From: an uncultured Thermoleophilia bacterium
Lineage (GTDB): Bacteria > Actinomycetota > Thermoleophilia > UBA2241
Assembly (NCBI GenBank): GCA_963702475.1
Contig: CAVPCT010000008.1
Coordinates: forward strand, 1 to 64,000
Direction: 5' to 3'
Length of the DNA: 64,000 bases
Both the position numbers and the translations under genes were made by a program. Each line of letters begins with the position of its first letter. Within the stretch, counting starts at the first letter, position 1. The notes under the pieces are model-generated. The model did no database searches, had not been told where the DNA came from, and saw only the letters and a list, made by a program, of their open reading frames with translations. This document shows, one piece after another, positions 40,542-49,396 of the stretch.

Positions 40542-41317
40542 CAGTGGCCCTCCTCGATCGCGAGCGGACCGCCCGCGTTGCTCACGGCCGCCACCACGAA
40601 CTCGGCGAGCTGGGCGGCGCGCTCCTCCAGGGACGTGTCGCCGAGGAGCCGGTAGTAGTGGTCGATGTGCGGCAGCAGGCGGCAGTCGCCGAGTGACACC
40701 GTGAGCGCGTGGACGAAGTGCGCCGCCGCGTCCACGTCCAGGCTGGCCGCCGTCTCTCCCCGGTCGCGCGCCGCCGACAGCATGGCGCGCACCAGCTCCA
40801 GGAGCTCCTCGGCGACCGGGGCGACGACGACGGCGCCGAGTCCGACGTCCCCCTGGTACGCCGCACGGGAGAAGAAGCGCAGGAGGTCTTCGTGCCCTCG
40901 GCTCCACTCCACGCCCACCAGGACGTAGGCCTCCAGACCCTCACGCAACGGCAGCTGCGCCATGACGTCCCGGTACTGGCGCAGCTCGGCCGAGAGCGCG
41001 CTGCCGGCGATCTCGGCCGCCACGCCGACCATGCCGCCGCGGTCCGGGAAGTACTGGTAGAGGGATCCCACCGAGACGCCGGCTCGCGCGGCGATGTCGC
41101 GGACGCCGGCGCCGTCCGGCCCCGCCTCCGCGGCCGCTCCGAGGATCGCCTCGATGACGGCAAGCTGCCGCCCCGGGTCAAGCCGCCGGAACGTACGCGT
41201 CAGCTTGCCGGCGCGCTCCAGCTCGGCGACCTTGGCGGACAGGCGCTCGAGCAAGCCGTCCGCCTGTGCCCATCCGTTCTCGCCGTCCGCAGCCGGGGTA
41301 TCTGTCGATGTGAACAT
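40541..41317 (-). CDS. TetR/AcrR family regulator
   Basis: VRDIAARAGVSVGSLYQYF; abuts the oxidoreductase start. Confidence 0.9.
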   Translation of the reverse strand: MFTSTDTPAADGENGWAQADGLLERLSAKVAELERAGKLTRTFRRLDPGRQLAVIEAILGAAAEAGPDGAGVRDIAARAGVSVGSLYQYFPDRGGMVGVAAEIAGSALSAELRQYRDVMAQLPLREGLEAYVLVGVEWSRGHEDLLRFFSRAAYQGDVGLGAVVVAPVAEELLELVRAMLSAARDRGETAASLDVDAAAHFVHALTVSLGDCRLLPHIDHYYRLLGDTSLEERAAQLAEFVVAAVSNAGGPLAIEEGH

Positions 41318-41401
41318 GGGTTCATACTCTATGGACTCGAGTTCATATGCAAGGACGGCGGATCTGTGGGCCGCCGGGAGGCGGGCGCGGGCCCCGGCGT
41401 C

Positions 41402-41641
41402 TCAGCCGGCGGCGCAGTACGGGCAGTCGCACGGTTGCTCGTGCTCCCAGCCGTCGGCCGGCAGCGTGCGGTCCTGCACCGGCAGCGAGCAGCAGTAGGT
41501 CTTCGGGCCGCGCGGATCGAGCGAGCGCCAGGAAGTGATGCCCTGCGGCAGGAAGACGAACTCGTCCTTCTCGCCGCGCCGCACCGCCTTACGGCCCGCG
41601 GCGAGCACCTCATGGTACGTGAGTCCCTGCTGGTCGGCCAT
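41402..41641 (-). CDS. Small Cys-containing hypothetical protein
   Basis: 79 aa with YCC and CDCPYC; plausible codon usage. Confidence 0.55.
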   Translation of the reverse strand: MADQQGLTYHEVLAAGRKAVRRGEKDEFVFLPQGITSWRSLDPRGPKTYCCSLPVQDRTLPADGWEHEQPCDCPYCAAG

Positions 41642-41672
41642 GAGGCCGGTGTACCCGGCGGCAGCGCATGCG

Positions 41673-41715
41673 AAAAGGCCCGGGGCCGGGTGGCATGGCC
41701 ACCCGGCCCCGGGCC
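41673..41715 (-). terminator. Intrinsic terminator
   Basis: 18-bp stem ggcccggggccgggtggc / gccacccggccccgggcc followed by TTTT on minus strand. Confidence 0.75.
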
Positions 41716-41767
41716 GTCCCGCCGGACCGCCAGGATGGCCCGGCGGCCTCAGTCCCGGACCGGCATC

Positions 41768-42172
41768 TCAGCTCACGGGCTCGGACGGGAAGTGGTTGAA
41801 GGGGTAGCGGGTCGTTGGGTGCGGCCTGTGCCGCCGACGCGGCCGGAGAGGACGGCCTGCGCCGAGCGGCGCCAGGGTCGTGCCGGCCACGTGGTTGCGC
41901 GGGTACGCGAACGGCTCGGCGGCGGACACGGGGATCGCGACCTCCTCGGCCAGCTGCCGGCGCAGCGCCAGGTTCTCGGGGACCGGCACGGCCGCAGCCT
42001 CGATGGCGATGGCGACCGGCGCGACCTCCACCGGCGCGGTGGCGGTTTGGGTGCCGGGCTGGTTCACGAGGATCAGCACCGCGGCGGCGACCGCGACGGC
42101 GACGGCGACGGCGATGACCGTCGTCCAGGGCACGTGGACGTGATGGTGACTATGGGTGGCTGTGTAGCTCAT
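41768..42172 (-). CDS. Hypothetical membrane-anchored protein with His-rich N-terminus
   Basis: AGGAGGAG RBS; MSYTATHSHHHVHVPW followed by one TM helix. Confidence 0.65.
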   Translation of the reverse strand: MSYTATHSHHHVHVPWTTVIAVAVAVAVAAAVLILVNQPGTQTATAPVEVAPVAIAIEAAAVPVPENLALRRQLAEEVAIPVSAAEPFAYPRNHVAGTTLAPLGAGRPLRPRRRHRPHPTTRYPFNHFPSEPVS

Positions 42173-42327
42173 GACTCCTCCTGGCTTGCGCGACGGTCTT
42201 GCTGTCACGACGAGCGTAGGACGGAGCCACAACGACGGTCGTCACCCTAACCGGGTGAACCGGCCGACACCTGCGGGAGGGAGCCGGCGCAGGAGGCCGG
42301 GGCAGGCGCTTGTGAGCGGCGGGGCGC

Positions 42328-42813
42328 TCAGGCGCCGAGCGCCGAGGCCCACTGGTCGGAGAGCACGGCCGACAGCTCGGCGCGGCCGCCGGCGCGCCCG
42401 GACTCGGCCGGCTCCGTGTCGGTACTTCGCGCACCCCAGGGCAGCGTCACCACGTGCCTGCCGTACTCGACCCGGGCGCGCAGCTCGCTCACCGGGGCCG
42501 GCGTGCAGACGAAGTCGCTCGCGCCGGCCACCAGGCCGCTCTTCACGTCCCGATCCGGATGCTCCGGCGTCAACAGGATCACGTACGGAGGATGTCCGAG
42601 GTGGAAGTCCCGCAGGATGCGGCAGAGCTCGGGCCCCTCGACATCCGGGAGGTCCCACTCGACGAGCGCGAGCCGCGGCGCATCGTCGCGCATGAGGACC
42701 TCCAGGGCACGCGCGCCGCGGTCCGCCTCGATGAAGTCGAAGTCGTCGCCGTCCAGCGCGGCGGCCAGCGCCGCGCGAGACCGCTCGCTGTGGTGCGCGA
42801 TCAATACGTCCAC
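42328..42813 (-). CDS. Stand-alone receiver-domain protein lacking the phosphorylation residues
   Basis: REC fold (PRLALVEWDLPDVEGPELCR, YVILLT, GLVAGASDFV); GGAGGAGG RBS before GTG 42813. Confidence 0.8.
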   Translation of the reverse strand: MDVLIAHHSERSRAALAAALDGDDFDFIEADRGARALEVLMRDDAPRLALVEWDLPDVEGPELCRILRDFHLGHPPYVILLTPEHPDRDVKSGLVAGASDFVCTPAPVSELRARVEYGRHVVTLPWGARSTDTEPAESGRAGGRAELSAVLSDQWASALGA

Positions 42814-43069
42814 GTCGATCCCTCCTCCAGGCACGCCGGCGGCGTTCCTCTCCTCTCGGTTCTGGGGTCGACGGTGGGGATACCTGTTCTTCATAGGGAC
42901 GGTCACTCTCATTCGGCCGGGTACGGCCACACCCGAGACTGCGGTCCGCGACGTCGGGACTCAAAGCGTTGCCGCACGCGACAGCGGCTGCGACGGCGCG
43001 TCAAGCCGCGGCCCCCACCGTCCGATGCCTGCACCGGATGCACGCACCACGAGTCGACGCGAGGGACGG

Positions 43070-43711
43070 GTGGACGACGACGGACACAAGGGCATCGCCC
43101 CGCCGCTCCACCGGCTGGGTCAGCCGGGGCCGGACGGCCCCGGTGTCGCACGGCAGGACGGCGGCGACGGACGGCGGGCAGGGGCTGCGCGCCCGTCCGC
43201 GGGCGCTTGGCGCCGCACCTGGCAGTGGGTCACCGCGGCCGCGGCGACCGCATGCCTGCTCGTGCTGACGTTCGCGGGCGCCGGATGGGTGCCGCTGCTC
43301 TCGGGCGTGGACCTGGTGATCCACGAGGCCGGCCACTTCCTCACCTTCTGGGCCCCGCCACTGCTGTGCTCGCTGGCCGGTTCGATCACCCAGGTGGCCG
43401 TGCCCCTCGGCCTGGCTGCCTACTTCCTCTACCGCAGGGACGACTTCGCCGTCATCGTGCTCGTGGCCTGGGCGGCCGAGAACCTCAACAACGTCTCTGT
43501 GTACGTGGCCGACGCGCAGTCGATGCTCCTGCCGCTGGTGGGAGACGACGGCTCCGGGGCGGGACACGACTGGCACAACATCCTGGGCGAGCTCGGCCTG
43601 CTGTCCTCGACGAGCCTCGTCGCGGCCGCCGTGCGCGTGGCGTCCGTCGGCCTGTTCGCGGTGGCGTTCGCCCTGGCCGCGCGCGGGTACGTGCGCGCGC
43701 ACCGCGCCTGA
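43070..43711 (+). CDS. Membrane protein with HExxH motif (M50-like peptidase)
   Basis: VIHEAGH, AGS..Q...P, YVADA, HDWHNIL, several TM helices. Confidence 0.72.
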   Translation: MDDDGHKGIAPPLHRLGQPGPDGPGVARQDGGDGRRAGAARPSAGAWRRTWQWVTAAAATACLLVLTFAGAGWVPLLSGVDLVIHEAGHFLTFWAPPLLCSLAGSITQVAVPLGLAAYFLYRRDDFAVIVLVAWAAENLNNVSVYVADAQSMLLPLVGDDGSGAGHDWHNILGELGLLSSTSLVAAAVRVASVGLFAVAFALAARGYVRAHRA

Positions 43712-43762
43712 CGACCGCCACGCCAGGCTCGCCGGCAGACCGGCCGCCGAGGCTTCGCCGGC

Positions 43763-46417
43763 TCACTCCTCCGCGGCGTAAAGACGCCAGCTGCCGGGCA
43801 CGCCCTTGAGCTCGTGCTCGCCGCGGTCGCTGAAGCCCAGGCCGGATCCCGCGACCAGGTCGTGCACGGTGCCCGAGACGAGCACCTCGCCGGGGTCGGC
43901 AAGCGCGGCGACACGGGCGCCGATGTGCACGGCGAGGCCGCGCACCTCGTCGTCGGCCAGCTCGATCTCGCCGGTGTGGCAGCCGGCGCGCACGAGCAGG
44001 CCCTGCGGCGCGAGTGCGTCGCGGAGCGCGAGGGCGCAGCGCACCGCGCGGGCCGCGCCGTCGAAGCGCACGAAGACCCCGTCGCCGACGCGGTCGATCT
44101 CCGTGCCGCGGTACTCGCGGAGAGCTTCGGCGACGGCCGCATGGAAGCGGCCGAGCTCCTCCTTCCACGCCGCGTCGCCGACGGCCGCCGCGCGCACGGT
44201 GGAGTCCACGATGTCGACGAACAGGACCGTCGCCAGGACCCGGTCGGCGACGGTCTCCCGCCGTGCGGCGACGCCGGAGCTGCGCGCCACCTCCGCCTCC
44301 GCGCCGAGCAGCGCCTCGGCCACCTGCGGGTCGTACGCGCTGCCGGCGCCGTCCCTCACGGCGGCGAGCGCGGCGCCGTGAGGGAGCGCCTTGCGGTAAG
44401 GCCGGTCCACGGTCATGGACACGTAGGCGTCGGCGACGAAGACGATACGCGACGCCAGCGGTATCTCCTCGCCGGCCAGGCCGTCCGGGTAGCCGCCGCC
44501 GTCCCAGCGTTCGTGCGCGGACCTCACCACGGGGGCGAGTGGCCGCAGGTACTCGATCCGCGCCAGGATGCTCTCCGCGATCATCGGGTGGGTCGCGACC
44601 ACGGAGAACTCCTCCTCGCTCAGCGGCGAGCGCTTGTGCAGGATCCGTTCCGGCACGCCGATCTTGCCGATGTCGTGGAGGACGCCGCCGTAGCGCACCA
44701 CACGCACCTGTGCCGCGCTGAGACCCAGGCTGCCGGCCAGAGCCACGGCCACGTCGGCAACGGCCCGCGGGTGGTCCGACGAGTGCCCCTCACCCACCTC
44801 GAGCGCTCCGGCGAGCGCCGCCACCGTGGAGAGGAAGCTCTGCTCGAGGTGGTCGTAGGTCTCGGCGTTGCGCAGGGCCACGGCCACCTGTCCTGCCAGC
44901 ATGGAGAGCAGCGCCATGTCCGGGTCGTCGTATCGGCGGCCGCCGTGCCGCACCGCGACGAGGACGCCGCCGACCGAGCCGCCGCGCACGAGCGGCGCGG
45001 CGGCCAGACACACGGCGGACGCGTCACCGGCGCCGCCGCCCCCGACGGTCTGGGACGGCGTCCCGGCGGCGGCGACGCCGGCGGCCAGCTCCGCCGCCGC
45101 CTGCGACCGGCACGACGCAGGTCCGGTGACGCCTTCGCACGCGGCGCCCCGGCACACTGCCGCAACGCGCATGCCGCCGCGCGCGTCCAGGAACAGGCAC
45201 GTCTCGTCGGCCTGCACCATGGCCGCGATGCGGGGCAGCATGTGGTCGAGCTCGGCCGGCAGGTCGAGGGTCTCGCTCACCGACTGGCCGAAGACCACGT
45301 TGAGGCCCGCCAGCTCCGAGGTGAGCGTCCCGAGCTTGCCGGAGAGGTCGGCGACCCGCTCCGAGATGCTCTCGGACATGGTGTTGAACGCACCGGCCAG
45401 ACGCCCGATCTCGTCGGACCCGTGGACCTCGATGCGCTGCCGCGTCTCGCCGCCGGCGATGGCCGCGGCCGCGGCGGCGAGCCGGCGCAGCGGCAGCGTG
45501 ATGCGCCGCGACAAGAGGACGGCGGCGACCACCGAGGCCGCCAGCGCCAGCAGCAGGGCCGCGGCCGCGCTGTTGCGCAGACCGGCCGTCGCATTGATCA
45601 CCGCGGTGCGGTCCATGGTCATCTTGACCAGCCCCGAGCGGTAGCCGTCAGCGTCGTAGACGGCCAGGTACACGCTGCGCGCCCACTCCTCGTCAAACGG
45701 CGCACCGACCTGGTTCAGCACACCGCTGGCCGCGCCTGCCGTCTGGTCGCTGCCGGCGGCGGCCGCCTCCGCCTCCGTGGCAGGCGTCAGCGTGACGTCG
45801 GTCGCCGCGCCGATGGACGTCAGCGTGTCCCCGTCGAGCGGGCGAGCGGTGACGAGCACCGCCTGCGGCACGCGCGACCCTTCGTCGTGCATATACTCGG
45901 CGCTCACCACCCACAGGGCGCCGGCGATGGTCTCGAAGCCCGCGACCGGCTCCCCTCCGCTGAGCCCCTGGGTGAGGCGCTGCACCTCGGGGACCTTCCA
46001 CAGGGAGGACTCCATGACGCCGCCGCCGCCGGAGACCAGCAGGCGCCCGTCCATCGCGTAGACCTGCGCCAGCGCGCCGGAGGTGCCCGCCAGCGCCTCG
46101 AGGTGACGCCGCACCTCGGTGTTGTCGCTTCCCGAGAGTGAGGAGAGCAACGGCGGCCAGGAGGCGTAGTCCCCGCTGGCGTCGAGGCTTGAGGAGGTTT
46201 GGTCGTCGAGAGCTCGACCCATCGCCACCTCGCGTTCGACGAGGCGCACGCTCTCCAGGTCGTGCAGCGTGCGCGCCGTCTCGAAGTACGTGTACGTGGC
46301 GTAGGCGAACAGCGGGATCACCGCACAGCACACGCAGGCGACGGCGATGCGCGCGCGCACCGACCAGCGCGTGCGGGGTCTCGGCGGGGCGGGCTCCGCC
46401 CCGGCTCCACCGTTCAC
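43763..46417 (-). CDS. Membrane sensor-HAMP-GAF-HD-GYP-class III nucleotide cyclase fusion
   Basis: 2 TM around an extracytoplasmic domain; HAMP (PLRRL..DEIGRLAGAFN); GAF; LHDIGK..HERWDGGGYP..RPYR; FVDIVDST..GDG..HTGE..AVHIGAR..LKG. Confidence 0.92.
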   Translation of the reverse strand: MNGGAGAEPAPPRPRTRWSVRARIAVACVCCAVIPLFAYATYTYFETARTLHDLESVRLVEREVAMGRALDDQTSSSLDASGDYASWPPLLSSLSGSDNTEVRRHLEALAGTSGALAQVYAMDGRLLVSGGGGVMESSLWKVPEVQRLTQGLSGGEPVAGFETIAGALWVVSAEYMHDEGSRVPQAVLVTARPLDGDTLTSIGAATDVTLTPATEAEAAAAGSDQTAGAASGVLNQVGAPFDEEWARSVYLAVYDADGYRSGLVKMTMDRTAVINATAGLRNSAAAALLLALAASVVAAVLLSRRITLPLRRLAAAAAAIAGGETRQRIEVHGSDEIGRLAGAFNTMSESISERVADLSGKLGTLTSELAGLNVVFGQSVSETLDLPAELDHMLPRIAAMVQADETCLFLDARGGMRVAAVCRGAACEGVTGPASCRSQAAAELAAGVAAAGTPSQTVGGGGAGDASAVCLAAAPLVRGGSVGGVLVAVRHGGRRYDDPDMALLSMLAGQVAVALRNAETYDHLEQSFLSTVAALAGALEVGEGHSSDHPRAVADVAVALAGSLGLSAAQVRVVRYGGVLHDIGKIGVPERILHKRSPLSEEEFSVVATHPMIAESILARIEYLRPLAPVVRSAHERWDGGGYPDGLAGEEIPLASRIVFVADAYVSMTVDRPYRKALPHGAALAAVRDGAGSAYDPQVAEALLGAEAEVARSSGVAARRETVADRVLATVLFVDIVDSTVRAAAVGDAAWKEELGRFHAAVAEALREYRGTEIDRVGDGVFVRFDGAARAVRCALALRDALAPQGLLVRAGCHTGEIELADDEVRGLAVHIGARVAALADPGEVLVSGTVHDLVAGSGLGFSDRGEHELKGVPGSWRLYAAEE

Positions 46418-48135
46418 TTCACCCAGAGCTCCCACGCGTCCACCCCGTAGAGAGGGCTCACGCTGAAGCCGCCGACGCGCGCGCTGAGCAGCCCGTAGTC
46501 CGCGAACTCGAAGAGCGGAAGCACGGGCTTGTCTGCCAGGATCTCGTGCGCCGCCCGCCTGCTCAGATCCAGATGCCCCGCCGGATCGGCCGTCGATCGC
46601 GCCAGGGTGAGGAGACGGTCCACGTCCGGGTCCGCGTACCCCGTACCAAGGCTCACCGACGAGAGCGAGCTCAGGAACGGCTCGTAGAGGAAGTTGTCGT
46701 ACCCCGGGTAGTCGGCCATCCACGCGGTGAGGTACGCGGCCGGCGGAGTGCCGCGCTCGAACAGCGAGTACCACTCGTCGGTGGCGACCGCCCGCGACGA
46801 GAGCGTGATACCCGCGGCGGCGCAGGACCGCTGCAGGTAGGCTGCGACGGCCGCTCCCAGACGGTCCTCCCAGTACAGGACCTCGAGGCGAGGGCTCCCG
46901 GCCTCTTCGTACAGACGTCGAGCAAGCGCGAGGTCGAAGCTCTCGGCAGGCTGCTCGTGATCCCAGCCGTTGAAGACCGGCGGCACGAGGCCGGTCTGCG
47001 GGATGTGCACGCCGTCGCTGACGGCGTCGACGAGGGCCGCGCGATCGATGGTGGCGTCGATCGCCATGCGTGCGCCCAGGCCTGAGACGCCGCCGATGAC
47101 CTTGTCGCGCATGTTGAAGCACAGGTAGCCGGTGATCTGTCGCGGCGCCACGACCGGTACCCACTCGCCGCTCCGGACTTGCGGCAGCGACTTGGATGCG
47201 GCCACCTGGCCCCGAGGCACGAGGGTGTAGTCGAGGAGTCCCTGCTGGAACGCCTGGAGCGCTTCAGCCACGCTGCGGAACACCACGAAGTGCACCGTCT
47301 CCAGATAGGGCCGCCCCGACGCCGCGTTCCACCAGCCCGGATTGCGGGCGAGGTCGATGTACCTGCCGCGCACCCGACGCGACACCACGAACGGTCCCGT
47401 GCCCACGGGCTCGTCCTCGAACTGACGTCGGCCGATGCGCTCGAGGTAGTCGACCGGCCAGATCCAGCCGGCCACGCCGCCGAGGGTGTCGGGGAACGAG
47501 GCGAACGGCCGCTTGAGGGTGAACCGCACGGTGTAGCGGTCGGGCGCATCCACCCCGAGGCGATCCATGCGGCCGGGCGGGACGTGACCGTCGTCGTCCG
47601 TCCCCCGGACGACCGAGTTCACGTAGGCCGCCTGGGCCCTGTTGCGCTCGAGCGCCGCGAAGCGGTAGACCGCGACCACGTCAGCCGCGGTCACCTCCCG
47701 GCCGACAGGTTCCTGGAAGCGCACGCCGCGGCGCAGGTGGAATGTCCACGCGGTGGCGTCGTCGTTCGCCTCCCAGCTCTCCGCGAGGCACGGCACGGTG
47801 GCGACGCGGCCGTCCTCGAGCGTCTCGTACGCCACGAGGCCCTCGTAGATCTGATGGGCGACCTCGGGGCTCTCCCTGATCCGCCAGGGCAGCAGTGAGT
47901 TGACGTCGACCTGGAGGGGGTACCTGAACGTGCCGCCGGGCCGCGGCGTGGCCGGCGGGGACGGCGCGCTCGCGGCGCCCGGCTCGTCGCCGCAGCCGGA
48001 GGCGACCACGGCGGCGATCGTCGCCGCGAGTAGGAGAACGCAGAGCACAAGAGCCGTCGGCGCGCGCAGGACCGCGGCGCGCCGCGCGCGCCCCGCCTTG
48101 CACAGGCCGCCCATCGCGAGCCACCCGTCTCGCAT
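46414..48135 (-). CDS. Family 5 (OppA/DppA-like) solute-binding lipoprotein
   Basis: Lipobox ASGC; IYEGLV, PCLAESWE, FHLRRGVRF, PVGTGPF, WMADYP. Confidence 0.9.
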   Translation of the reverse strand: MRDGWLAMGGLCKAGRARRAAVLRAPTALVLCVLLLAATIAAVVASGCGDEPGAASAPSPPATPRPGGTFRYPLQVDVNSLLPWRIRESPEVAHQIYEGLVAYETLEDGRVATVPCLAESWEANDDATAWTFHLRRGVRFQEPVGREVTAADVVAVYRFAALERNRAQAAYVNSVVRGTDDDGHVPPGRMDRLGVDAPDRYTVRFTLKRPFASFPDTLGGVAGWIWPVDYLERIGRRQFEDEPVGTGPFVVSRRVRGRYIDLARNPGWWNAASGRPYLETVHFVVFRSVAEALQAFQQGLLDYTLVPRGQVAASKSLPQVRSGEWVPVVAPRQITGYLCFNMRDKVIGGVSGLGARMAIDATIDRAALVDAVSDGVHIPQTGLVPPVFNGWDHEQPAESFDLALARRLYEEAGSPRLEVLYWEDRLGAAVAAYLQRSCAAAGITLSSRAVATDEWYSLFERGTPPAAYLTAWMADYPGYDNFLYEPFLSSLSSVSLGTGYADPDVDRLLTLARSTADPAGHLDLSRRAAHEILADKPVLPLFEFADYGLLSARVGGFSVSPLYGVDAWELWVK

Positions 48136-48216
48136 CCCGGCCCCCCGTCCCGTTCCGGACTCGCCTTGAGCATACCGCGTACGGACAGAAGGACAACGCG
48201 TGCGTCGACGGGGTGG

Positions 48217-48510
48217 CTACTTCACCCACAGCCTCCCGGCGAGGTCCTGCTCCTCGTGGAAGCGGATGTTGGCGAGGGCCGCGGCGCACGGACGGGGTTG
48301 CCGCCGAAGGTGGAGAGGTGGTCGCCGACCTGGAAGGCGTCGGCGATCTCGGCGGTGGTCGTGAAGGCGCCCAGCGGCCAGCCGTTGGCGATGCCCTTGG
48401 CCTGGCAGATGATGTCGGGCGTGACGCCGTAGTGCTCGATCGCGAACATCCTGCCGGTGCGCCCGTAGCCCGACTGCACCTCGTCGCAGATGAAGAGCAC
48501 GCCCTCTGAG
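48217..48510 (-). pseudogene. Internal fragment of a class III PLP aminotransferase (ArgD/GabT-like)
   Basis: [38 protein letters not shown]; both ends missing. Confidence 0.85.
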
Positions 48511-48709
48511 ACGCGCTGTCTCGGCCACGCGAGGACTATCGACCACCCTTTCGCACGATCGGCGGCCCGGCTGGAAACCCGGGGGGATGGGCCCAGCCGG
48601 GCCCGTGGCAGTGCCCGCAAGCGAGCGTGGATCATCCACCTCTCTGCCCGGCGCCGGCCCTCCGTGCGCCGCCGGTGGCGGTACCGCCATGAAGCTGGGG
48701 CTGCGGGCC

Positions 48710-49367
48710 TTACCCGACAGACACCCCCATGAGCTCCTCCGCGACTCGCGCCGCCTCAACGGCGTTCTCCGCGTAGCCGTGTGCACCCCACTCGTCGGCC
48801 AGACGCTGGCTGATGGGCGCGCCGCCGATCATCACCCTCGTGTGCGGCAAGGCCTCCTTGATGGCCGGCATGTAGTCCTTCATCGCCTTCATCGTGGTCG
48901 TCATCAGCGAGGACATGCAGAGAAGGTCCGCGTCATACGTCTTGCCCTCCTCGATGAACTGCTCCATCGGCACATCACGGCCGAGGTCGTGCACCTCGAA
49001 GCCGGCCACCTCCAGCATGAGCTTGACGAGGTTCTTACCGATGTCGTGCACGTCACCCTGGACCGCGCCGATGACGACGACGCCCTTGCCGTGAGCACCC
49101 TCGGACAGACGCCACGGCGAGCGGCTGAAGAATGGCCAGCCCTGCGTACAAGGCCTCTGCCGCCACGACGAGCTCGGGGACATAGCACTCTCCGACCTCG
49201 TATTGCCTGCCCAGCTCGACCATGCCCGGCACGAGGCCCTCAAGTATGGCCCTCTGTGGGTCGATGCCGGCAGCGACGGCTGCCTCGGCAGCGCTCGCGG
49301 CCACGTCTTCGTCGCCGTCCTCTACGGCCTTCGTCATCTGCGCCAGGATCGCCTGTTCGTCAGTCAT
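48710..49367 (-). CDS. Corrinoid (B12-binding) protein of a methyltransferase system, frameshift near 49115
   Basis: GLVPGM..G..Y....YVPEL cap domain then [11 protein letters not shown] (DxHxxG), SSLMTTT, IGGAP. Confidence 0.92.
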
Positions 49368-49396
49368 CGCTCGTCTCCCTTCGCGGCATCACGGGG

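Noticed and set aside
46418-47164. N-terminal extension of the HD-GYP-cyclase ORF
   Set aside because: Overlaps the SBP gene in another frame; the GTGA overlap at 46417 is the more credible start.
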